Assembly: GCF_902652985.1 (NCBI RefSeq)
Contig: NC_047019.1
Span: 24,304,001 to 24,368,000 of the forward strand
Source of the DNA: Pecten maximus
Taxonomy: Eukaryota
Length of the DNA: 64,000 nt
Direction of reading: 5' to 3'
Position numbers and translations under genes: made by a program. Each line of letters starts with the position of its first letter. Position 1 is the stretch's first letter. This document shows, piece after piece, positions 1-12,400 of this stretch. The notes under the pieces were generated by a model. The model did no database searches. It was not told where the DNA came from and saw nothing but the letters and a program-made list of their open reading frames with translations.

Positions 1-444
1 CTGTTGACGTGTGTCGGAGACCTGCCACTGTACGTACAAACTTACCTCAAAATAGGACTGTTGATGTGTGTCGGAGACCTGCCACTCTGCGTATATACTT
101 ACCTCAAAATAGGACTGTTGGCGTGTGTCGGAGACCTGCCACTGTACGTACAAACTTACCTCAAAATAGGTCTGTTGACGTGTGTCGGAGACCTGCCACT
201 GTGCGTACAAACTTACCTCAAAATAGGACTGTTGGTGTGTGTCGGAGACCTGCCACTGTACGTACAAACTTACCTCGAAATAGGACTGTTGGCGTTTGTC
301 GGAGACCTGCCACTGTGCGTACAAACTTACCTCGAAATAGGACTGTTGGCGTGTGTCGGAGACCTGCCACTGTACGTACAAACTTACCTCGAAATAGGAC
401 TGTTGGCGTGTGTCGGAGACCTGCCACTGTGCGTACAGACTACT
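1..444 (-). repeat. 57-bp minisatellite built from an exon 3' end plus its splice donor
   Basis: About 7.7 copies, no indels. Donors GAG|GTAAGT after positions 388, 331, 274, 217, 160, 103 and 46. Confidence 0.95.
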
Positions 445-488
445 TGAGGCATGGGAGGACACATTGAGTGACTCCACTGGTAAAGGAT
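388..488 (-). CDS. FN3 gene exon 12 (N-half of FN3 #8)
   Basis: Acceptor tttgtgttccag. Phase-1 join gives N-PLPVESLNVSSHASSSLYAQWQVSDTRQQSYFE. Donor GAG|GTAAGT at 388/387 is the first of a tandem donor array. Confidence 0.85.
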
Positions 489-3400
489 CTGGAACACAAA
501 CAGATACTATGTTAATGATATCACAAGATAAAACTGGAAATCATCACTACAGCTTGATACATACATGGAGCTACCATCCCCAGACTAACATACAAGTGTA
601 TATTTATGAATGAATCATGATTGAACTGTAAACCTGTAAATTACAGAACTGACAAAAGTTATGATCATAAAGAATTTGCATAAATGTGTAAAACACTAAA
701 TTCATACAAGAATTTGTTTTTAATAAATATGACATCATATTACGTTATAATGACCTTTGTGACCCCAATGTCGTGAAATGTGACCTTTAAACTTAAACCT
801 TGAAAAATCTAATCAGTTGTTACACTGTCTCAGTAGAACTTCATATACAATAATATAAACAATCTGTACAGACAAAATCTACTAACTGTATGATATAGAT
901 ATATTTACTTGTTATAACGGCCACCTCTGCTTCGTCACTTCTGCTGTTGTTGACAAAGGTCTGGATGGAGATGTTGTATAGGGTACCAGGATTCAGACCA
1001 TCAAAGCTGTGGTGGAGTTGGCCCTGGGTCCTGTTACAATAAAATTAACTATTAGGATAAATTGTAACACAACATTCTGAGTCTTGGTTTGTTTATGGCT
1101 TATTTTGTTTAACGTCCTATTAACAACAAGGGTCAATTAAGGATGTGTCGGGTTTTGGAGGTGGAGGAAATTCAGAGTACCCGCAGCGAAACCACTGGTA
1201 TACAGTCAGTATCAGGCAACTGCCCCATGTGGGTTTCGAACTCGCACCCCAGATGTGGAGGGCTAGTGATAAAATGAGATGATAAAAGTTATAAAGCAAT
1301 AGAGCCATTCAGACAGAAGCATTCATTTATGATCAGTAGGAATTATTACATACATCATTGAAATATTTATCTCACCTTTTCAGAAGTATTCTTATTTCCC
1401 TGGAGAAGATACTTACTCTAAGATGGTGACAGGAGTTGTGGTGTCCTCAGGAGAGATACTGAGCTCATACATGTCAAACATTGACCCATCTGGGCGAGGC
1501 CAGGAAACGTTGATAGTGGAGGTACCCACAAAGTCTACATACAGTTCAGCAACAGAAGTCGGATCTATTAAACAACAATACCAAGATAAATCAGTAACAC
1601 ACTTTAAAATCTGTATAATCATTATATTGTAAAGTTAGCATCTAAAGGTTTTATCCGACGATTGTTGTATAATATTTATGCAATGTAATGAGAGTTATTT
1701 ATAAATGCTTTTCTGATATCAAAGTCTACCGACTTATATTTACATTGTTACTCAACATATAAACATGGCCCAGAGGATATAGTAAAAGTTTGATGCCATA
1801 AAATTCAGACTTTTGTCACATAATCCAAGACTTCTAATTATCATCTAGGTCAACATTAAAAAAAAAGTTAATTTTGTTATTAAAGACAACATAAATTGTC
1901 ACAAAATGTCATACTTGTGGTGGCCTGAACTTTGATCTCTGAACTGGACACATTGCCACTGAGAGAGGTCACAGTGATGTCGTACGTCTCTCCAGGGTGG
2001 AGCTTGGTGAAGCTGTGTCCTGGTATAGACACAGTGACTGGTACAGGAGAAACACTGTCCAGGAGAGTGGACTTTGCTGTGACCAAATAATTCTCCACCA
2101 TTCCATCGACAGGCCGTTCCCAGGTTACTTCTATGACACGACCACTCAAAGCAGTTGCAGAAACATTGACAGGGGGATATGGCCCTGGAATAGACCCAAG
2201 AACGTCATCACACACAATAGAAATATTATATTTCAAGTTGTTGCAAATCAAATTAGATTAATAATTCAGAGGAAGTGTACTGGTAGACAATACAATTTTA
2301 CAGTTATTATCTAATTAATATATATGAAGCCATTTTTTTTCAATAAAGAGGTTTTGTAATAAATTCCTTACGTGTCCAGACAACCCTTTCTGTGGGGCCA
2401 CTCTTTTTCTGTCCTGCTCCTGACACAACTGATACTGTGTACATCTTCCCTGCAACCAACTTCTCAAAATGAGCAGCGCGCTGATCCACATTGTAGTCCA
2501 TACTGAAATACAGAGATTGTTTTTTAACAATTAAACACTATCATCTTTATAATCCAATCATACTATTACTTTTACAAACACCTGTAACTAACTTTTTGTT
2601 TGATTTCAACTAACTTCCTTCATAATGAAATAAAATATTTTCTTAATAGTTTTAGCAACTACATCATGTACAAACATGAAATCCTGCGATCTAATGACCT
2701 AGAAAATATACATCTCAGAGTGCTTCATTAGGTAACATATAAGAAATTTCCAGAAACAAAAGCATTGATGTACAGACAGATTCTGATTAACCATGAGTAC
2801 CCTCATCTTTAATGATAGGGTCCCCATGCAATAACAATGGATATATATATATCCTTTGTTTCAATATTTCAATTAATACATGTAACACTGTCAGTTATTT
2901 TAAAATAATCTCCAGGAATACTTCTAGTACTGCCTGATTTCTCAATTCAATAATGTCAGTCCATGTAAACTTTGTAATATTGGACAATTTCATCAAATCT
3001 CTAACTTTTAAAAAATATTTCATGTTTTTTTTCAGTATATTTTATTTTGACTTAAGTCTTTATTAGTAAATCCCAGTGTTATTTATGGGGATCTATAACC
3101 ATGTTTTATCAGCTTGTCCACTTACACAGGTGAGATTGTCTGAGGTTCCTTGGGAGAAATGCTGACTTCATAGTAACCAAGGCTACCACTACTAACAGCT
3201 TGCCAGATGACTTTGAGGGAGGTGTGGGCGATTCCTGAGTCAGAGATTTCTACCGACCCGGGTGGGAAAGGATCTGGAAATACAAGCGTTCAGATGTTCT
3301 TAAATAACTTTTGGCAACAAACGTAACAGAAATATTTGCTATATAAAGATATATTAGATACACTAAGGTAATTATTATCAATCTAGAATTTTAATACCTC

Positions 3401-6400
3401 ACTATTTTTGCTATGACTACTGACAACCAGGTAATTTTAAGTCCAAAAACATATGCAAATCCATATTGGACCTAACAAGTGCATTGTGGGCTTACAAAAA
3501 CACAAAAATGGTGGAATTCATAAACCATGTAAAAGAAAGTGTCATATATAAAATCTGGGAGGTTTTCTTGTTTTTTTTACATTTTACATATCTTTATGTA
3601 GCAAAAAGAATTCTGAGTCTTTGTTTGAACGACTGAATATTATATTAGCAGATCAAAAGGGGTGAGGAAATTTTTATGTTTATTGAACCCATCCTTTTAT
3701 CCTGAAAAAAGGTGGGGCTTGCTTATAGGGGTAGGTGCATTAAATAAGTTGATATGGTAACTTAATTAGCCAAACCCCTATAGAATACATGTGTATGATG
3801 CTCACAGGTTAATTGAGGGTGTACAAAACTAGATTTTGAAGTAATTTTTAAAAGATGTTTCATCACTCTCGAAATTCACCAAAACCTCATACTATTTTTC
3901 ACAAAACTGGAATAAAATCTCAAATATTTGGCCATACACCAAAATTGGTTGCAACAATAATTAATGCTCAATGATATTTTCTGAGAAACTAACATAACCA
4001 AGTAAGCAACTTCCCAAAATTGGTGTGCATGCCTATAGATGGGAAAGTATTGCCGTAGCTTCTCTTCTGCTACTTTGTCATGTTGAGACAACAAGAGGCC
4101 CATGGGGCCTGTATCGCTCACCTGGTTGGATTTGACCAAACGTCAAAATTATGTTCATGTTCAATTCGTTAATATGTAGCTTTATTTGTCAATCTCCAAC
4201 AATGCTATATATGGTTATAGTGTTGGGATCCCAACTGCTTTAAAGAAATATTGAAGTCCAGACTCTCTAAGGGTGTGAAAAAACCGCAGGGATTGTTTTT
4301 ACAACATGATTGTGTTTTAACTAAGTCCCTTAGGGTGGGGAAAGACCCTTGGGCCTATTTTTACATCAGAATTGTCTTTATCCCTTAACGTCCAGCAATG
4401 CCATACATGGTTATTGGATGGAGGGTCACAGCAAAATCTGTTCCCCTTTCCCCAAGGATGTTTCTGACGAAATTGGGTTCAAATCCATTCATAACTTTAT
4501 GACTAGTAGCGATTTAAAGGAATTACCTCTATTTCCCCTATTTGACCTGCCCCTCTGGCTCCTTGAGGGTCAGAATCACCATTTATGCAAAATCTGTTTC
4601 CCTTCCCCCAAGGATGTTTCTGACTAAATTAGGTTAAAACGTATTTTATGACTAGTAGCGATTTAATGCAAATGTTGACGGACGGCGGACGGCGCGCCAT
4701 GGCATAAGCTCACCGGACCTTTAGTCCGGGTGAGCTAAAAAATAATCCAAGCAAAATTAACCCTCCCATTAAATTCTGTTTTTTTTTATTGAAATGTTCA
4801 GTATTTACCATCATACATGAGTATTATACAATTATTCAATAAACCAATAAGTACCTGGTTTAGTATACTTAACAGTATTTACCTGTATAAAACATGTCAG
4901 AGAAAGAGTTACTCTCCTCCCATTGTGATGCCACTATGACTGAAATGTTATAGGCTGTCCCTCCAGTAAGGTTGTGGAGAGTGACGTTTGTTTCTGTTGG
5001 AGGGACACTGAAGTTGTGGAACGAGACACTGTCAATGATGACGTTGAAGAGAAACTGCTGAAAACTTGAAACAATGGGAGGCACCAGTTGTAGGTACAGA
5101 TCAGTCGGTGAGCTCTCCAGTTCAATCATGTCTATCAAGGGGTCCGGCTCTGTGGAAACAGCCAATACATTTTATCTGGTACAGAAAATAAAGGGCCATA
5201 ACTCTGTCTCTACATGTGTGTGAGACACATTTCTGTTAAGTGATATGTCATTATTCCACTGTATATCCACATACAAAACATTCCAGCTGTAGATAATATA
5301 AGACAAGGTAAAACCTGGGATGTTGGACTAATAGATAGAATCACAATATTATGAACCTATAGTAATAGTCTACTCCAGTAGTACACATGAGAGAATACCA
5401 TAGGCCTAACCCTCTCCACTTGTACCTCTGGGAGACTGATTTAACATCTTATATTAGAAATTAATACTTGACTACTTTGTAATGAAGCCAATGAAATTGA
5501 CAGTTGTGACTTATTAGCATACTTGAGCTGTGATAGGCAGAATCAGCATCGCTCCTCCTCACTCCTTTGACAGAGAAAACTTTAAGTAGTAATGTCTGTC
5601 CTGGGATACCGGGTACATCTGCGACACAGCTCGACCACATTGTGACATTACAGGTCAAGTTGACCTCTTCTGCCAGACCAAAGGTAGTGTTGTATGTTGC
5701 TGTAAACATCTCATAATCCTGTCAGAAAATAAATAGTAAGTTTAGTGATCTCAATATACAATGTTGATCTTGAGGCTATACATGTACATTGTCAGCCATA
5801 TCAACTTCCAGATAAAAATTTTGAATAACAAATTATGCAATTGTGATGTACATTTTTTTTTAAACGATTTTTGTTTTCCAGACTAGATTTGAGTAAAAGA
5901 GTAAAAAAGTACAGGCAAATATATGGCCCACTTGCGACAGTAGTAAAATTGTTTCATGAGGTAACATCTGATGGCTTCCAGACACATGGTATGTAACCTG
6001 TACATGTGTGACATACCCGTGTGCTGTGGATCTCCGTAACCCAGGACACCATGAGACTACTGTTGTCTAGCGCCACTACACTCTGTATAATGGGGGATAG
6101 CGGCACTGAGGATACAAAACAGATATTACATGTATTTACAGACAACAAGAGAGGCTGTATAATAGAGTTAGTAATGCTATGATACTGGGTGAAGTAACCT
6201 ACAACGACATGTGACCTCTTCCTGATACAACGCAACCTTGTCATCTCAATTCTTACCCGTAAACTGGTAAAATACACAGGGCCTTGACTAATTACTATGA
6301 CCCACAATGAAATAATAACCCGGAGTCAACAACTCCTAGATTACTTATTATGTTAGACCCTGTGGTAAAATATACCAAAACCTTCACCTAACTAATATTA

Positions 6401-9400
6401 ATAAGTTTCAAACCAGCAAAATTGTGAAAACTCCTAAAAGTCTGATAAATTTAGGTGCTATTTTTGTGTTAAGTTATAGACTTTCATGTAATTCTAATAT
6501 CAGAAGGAACAAGACCTATGTGAGAATATTACCTGTGTTATCTTCAATAAGTGTAGAGAAGTTACTGAGTACACCATGACTCGAGGCGACGACAGTGATG
6601 GTGTAGACATGGCCGGGGTACACGCCAGTGATATTATGGAACAGTACTGTGAGGAGTTCCGACTCGTACACCTCGGAGAAATTAGTGATCCCTGTCAGGT
6701 ACACTCTGTAGGCATCCTGGACACTGTCCGAGTTGGGTGTCCAGGAGATATACAAGTTTTCTGTACCCGCTTCATCCACACTGATACTCGTAGGAGGAAG
6801 AGGTTCTGTAAGGTAAAATATACATGATGTAGTGTTAAATACATATATTATCAAATTGCCAGGATTTTGAATCCCTTACTGTCATCAATAGTTCATCACA
6901 CATTTTTTTACGTATACTATATCATCTAAAAATCCTAAACAAGTTTGTGATTAATTTTTTTTCTGTATACATTTTTTTATTTATGTATTTTGATTTTTTT
7001 TTCTGCCTAAAACTATTTAACAGGGATTATATTACAATAATAATGTGACGGTTTTGGTCTCTCATGATGATCAGAAATGTAATGTACGCCAAACTGATAA
7101 TGTAAATCAGTGGATCATCTAACAATAGAATATTATTCATCATATATTTCACTGTTTTACTGCAAATTACAATCTTCTGCCATCTATATATAACAAACCT
7201 TTTAATGCACTGTAGAATGTCATGTGTTAATGCAATATAACTTTATTACATAGAGTGACCAATACCATATTTGACCTACTATATAACAAGTGCACCTTTT
7301 TTCAGGAAAAGAGGACAGTTGCACTAACAGACACATAAAAGGTTTCTTATCTCACTGATCTGCTAATAGTATCTTTAGTCTTTTAGCCAAAGTCTCTGAA
7401 TTGTTTTTGCTACATGAAGGTAAACTAATAGGTATCCAAATGGAAAAAAAAGAAGTTTTTTTTACCATCCAAATTTCATACTGATATTTGTCTCTACATG
7501 CATATATATAGCGATCCCTCTTGAGTTTTTGTAAGTGCACTTATAAGGTCAAATATGGTAATCATGATTGCAATGTCAAATGAAAGTTTTATTTCCAGAA
7601 TGGCAGAACACAAAACCTTGATTTCAAGCATTCAGATGACAAACTTGTCACTTCATCAGTATAAACAGATCTTATTGTGGAGTAAGTTGTTTTACAGTAA
7701 GATATACTGGAATAGAAGCAGTGTGGATTTTCAAGATGAATTATTGACTTTTAATTATTATGTTTGTCTAAAGTGCAGACCTCTCAACAAAGTAATTTAA
7801 ATTGAAAGCGAGTTGCGGACCACGGTATAAGCTGACATGCACTTTAGGTAGGGGAGGTAATAAAACAGTTATTTCATTGCCTCTCCATGTTCAGAGTGAA
7901 AACCATTTCCCCTTATATTGGTGCTGGTAGTTGTCCATGCATGAGTGAACTACATATATATACAAAGAAGGAATTCTGACATCAAGAATTTAGGAGAGGC
8001 ATATGTTACAACAAGACATAACTGTTTTAGTATATAAAGTATGTTTACTATATCGTATATAGATAAAAAAAAGCATGTTTACTTGTTGTATGATTAGCGT
8101 TGTATACAGATGTGCCAGCACTTCGTATGTTGACCTGGTACATGACCCCAGGTTCAAGGTCAATGATGCTATAAGAGACGAAATCTGACCCCAGAGTTCG
8201 GTCAACATCCTTATATGAGATGTTGCCTGGCAGTCCATAGCCAACTGTATAATTGATATCCCGGTCACTCTCTGTCCAGGTGAGGTCTAACGAGTATTCT
8301 CCAGGTGTAACATTTACAGCCGGTATCTGTGCTTTGATAAGAAGTGTCTGCAATAGATAAAAGTAAGAGGAAATATGATAATATATATCAGATTATGTAG
8401 GATCATTGTCTAACAGAGTGACATCATTATAAGTGGTATCATCACAGTAGGTAGATGTTTATCATTGTGGTAGAGATAATATACATCAGTTTCTTTACCT
8501 TACATTACATATGTTATTGGGCTAAATAATTAGATTAATACTTGTGGCGATATATGCAAAAGCGATTACTTAATTTTTTAAATAAACAAGATGCAATTTT
8601 GCTATTTCCTCATAACAAATATACATTAAAAATAATCATATTATTATAATCATCAAGTATTTATTAGAATGATTTTAAGCACATTTTTGTACTAATCTGT
8701 GTCATTTTTATACATCGTTTTCGGGACCTCCTGGACATCGTTTTTGGTCAAAATTTTTCATGCATAAAATATACGGATAGAAGGTTTTTTTCAGCATTTT
8801 CAGCCCTAATAAATACCTGTGCAAATTACACTGGTGCGCAAATTACACTAGTTTTTACGGTATACATGTAATGAAGTAATTAAAGAAACACAAATCTGCA
8901 CAATGACATGTTTGTGTATATTGTAGTTGACTTGTTTTGCTGTTTCTTTTTTTTGCCTTTTTCTGGAAGTCTTTGGTTTGGTAACTAAAATGGCACAGAA
9001 CATGAAGATGCCTACTTGCATTGATAGTTCAGTTTTTTTAAACAAAAAATATAAACAGAATAATTAAGATAACAGAAAAAAACATTCGAGCATTCAGTCA
9101 TTTCAAACATTTCATATAAACTGTCATGTTATAAGTAAGATATTGGCAGACATTGACAATGTTTTAAAAGTAGGACATTTGATCATGAGTCAAGAATGAC
9201 TTAGACTGCAGTATATAGTGAGGAAAGTTACTGAGGAACCAGTACTTTTCAATTAATCAATTTGGCTGGTGTTGTTAGGTTTCTTATCACACATACACCA
9301 AGGTTACAGCGGTACCAGGAAAACTTCAGTGTACAGAAACTAACAGGTTTTCACCTGTTGCTAAGTATGTTATCAAATCGCGCCTTATGTTGATCTTTTC

Positions 9401-12400
9401 TTTCCATTTTCAAAATGACAACACAGGCCAAAAGGTTAAAATAAACGGTACACAGTTTTAGTTACAGACATCATTTAAGCTTTCTCCTAGAGCATTACAT
9501 TGGTTCTGCCCAACAGCCAAATCCTTAAAACTATGACATGGTATTCTGTCACTCCAGCTTACACCAGCTTTGAATTTTTTTTGCCAGACCCTTTGCTCAT
9601 TAAAGTCAGCTTTCTTTTGCCAACCTCTGAATGAATTTACGATTGTGATCTGAATATTTTCATATCATATTTATAAAGCCATGGTTTGATAATATATAAG
9701 CTTACTGGAATTAATGACCGCAGACGGTAAACCAGGAAGTATCCAAGTAATATTTCTTTTTCTTGTTGGTCGTTATTTTTATTGTTCAGTTTCTGATCAT
9801 TAAAGTCTTAACTGTTTTAAAACATCTCTTCATTCTGTTACATTTGAAATGATTGGAAAAAATGTAATGATCTTCTAAAATTATACAAACCTATATCATG
9901 TTTAAAATGTGATCAAATAAGTCATAATGAACAATTAAATTACAATGTGATGTAAACAATCGTACCTTGTATTACTAGGAAGAGACAGTGTGATGTAAAC
10001 AATCGTAGCTAAGTATTACTAGGATTAAGAGACAGTGTGATGTAAACAATCGTACCTTGTATTACTAGGAAGAGACAGTGTGATGTAAACAATCGTACCT
10101 AAGTATTACTAGGATTAAGAGACAGTGTGATGTAAACAATCGTACCTTGTATTACTACGGATTAAGAGACAGTGTGATGTAAACAATCGTACCTAAGTAT
10201 TACTAGGATTAAGAGACAGAGTGATGTAAACAATCGTACCTTGTATTACTAGGAAGAGAGATTGTTACCAGAGTTACTCTCAGGGTATATATTATACATG
10301 AATAGTTTCCATGGTAACATGTTACTGTCAGGGTATGTATTATACATGAATAGTTTCCATGGTAACATGGATATTTTTGACACATGAACTGTATATACTA
10401 CTATAGGTAAAAGGATGGAAATCTGATCTGAAATCAATTCTCCTCTCATTGCCATACAGAGGACCATCTCCAGTCCATATATGTACCAGATATACAATAA
10501 AATTTATCATACACTGTATGTACGTATCATTTCTCTATAATGTATCACGCAACATTTATATTGTTATATAATTTGCAGTTATATTACAGCTATTTAAAGT
10601 GATATTTGATAATAACAATGCCTACAATCAATATGATAATTATATATAAATGGATATAAGGACTTAGCCAGGTATTGCTTGATTCTTACTTGTAAATTAA
10701 ACAGTAGATCAAGAGGTACTCAAGGATGTTCTTTTTAAGTCCTACTATTCTTTGACAATATAGAGCAGTGTACCCAAGGACTGGTCTCATTTGGTTAGTT
10801 TATATCAACAAGTTAGCACTAGTAACCAACACAAGCGGCTTTTTGCAAAATGGACAAAGTTGGTCAGGGTTAGGGTAAAATAGTCCGTCATTGCCATGGC
10901 TACCATTCACGATTGTGGCTTTATTTTGATTGAGCATCCACCTCATTCACCTGATCTTGCTCCATCAGACTTTCATCTATTTCTATGGCTTTAATTAATT
11001 TCTGAACAGCCAAGAAAAGTGGCATTGAGGCCCTTAAACACCGCTGGCACTGAAGGTGATTTTGTTGAAAAATAATACAATATGTCCAGCAAAATTCAAA
11101 TCCTTCAATATGAGGCTCACAACTTATCAATGAGCCCTCGTACATACACAGCAAAACTAAAGTTTATGTATTAAGTATGTATATATAACAGTAGATATTA
11201 TAATTTGTTGTAATGATCAGTCACACTTATTTGATTGTGTGATAAATGTCACAATGTAACTAATTAGAAGGATTAGACATTACAAGGACAGACATCATGT
11301 ATACTTATTACAAGTAGTTTTTGTCACTGCCTTTCATCTCTCACACATTTATAAGTAACAGTAATATTGAGTACACACCTAGGGACACGATGTAATGACT
11401 AACCATGATATATCACAGATAGCAATGACACATTGACATGTTATATACATGGAAGATATATAGGTATAACACTGCCATTTACACCTCCAAATATTATACA
11501 ATAAAGAATATCTTATATCATATGAATAACTGTTATGTGGGGTTTGTAGTATTCATTTGTCAAACAGTATAACACACTTTTTTAATAATGTAAGTAATTG
11601 GATGCAAATATCAGTCTTTCCAATACATGTAGATATATAATTATATATGACAGCTTTATAATTCTATATATTTATTGCAATTTCTGTACAGGTGTCATGT
11701 ATAAGGTCTAATCTTACATCAATTAATAATCTGTTCCATATACTGGTCACAACAATTTTTTAAATAAATATCTAAGAATGGGCCGTCCTTTTCTGATAAA
11801 ATATGGTCCCTATATCTATGAATGGATTTCTTGAAAATGAATGTGGTTCCTTAAATTTTCTATACTTTAAAAGGCTATTGTGAATTGGGAAGTCATGACA
11901 TGTACCTGTGTACTGGTGTAACTTGTACCTGTGTACTGGTGTAACTTGTACCTGTGTACTGGTGTAACTTGTACCTGTGTACTGGTGTAACTTGTACCTG
12001 TGTACTGGTGTAACTTGTACCTGTGTACTGGTGTAACTTGTACCTGTGTACTGGTGTAACTTGTACCTGTGTACTGGTGTAACTTGTACCTGTGTACTGG
12101 TGTAACCTGTACCTGTGTACTGGTGTAACTTGTACCTGTGTACTGGTGTAACCTGTACCTGTGTACTGGTGTAACCTGTACCTGTGTACTGGTGTAACAT
12201 GTACCTGTGTACTGGTGTAACATATGCATGTACCTGTGTACTGGTGTAACTTGTACCTGTGTACTGGTGTAACTTGTACCTGTGTACTGGTGTAACTTGT
12301 ACCTGTGTACTGGTGTAACTTGTACCTGTGTACTGGTGTAACTTGTACCTGTGTACTGGTGTAACCTGTACCTGTGTACTGGTGTAACATGTACCTGTGT

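Noticed and set aside
4-467. Plus-strand repetitive ORFs (147/152 aa) and minus ORF 218-427
   Set aside because: By-products of the 57-bp array. The meaningful frame is the minus-strand FN3 frame, which the ORF track does not list.
8848-9045. MQVGIFMFCAILV as the signal-peptide exon of the FN3 gene
   Set aside because: No convincing phase-0 donor follows it. Exon 23675-23640 has a strong donor and promoter context.
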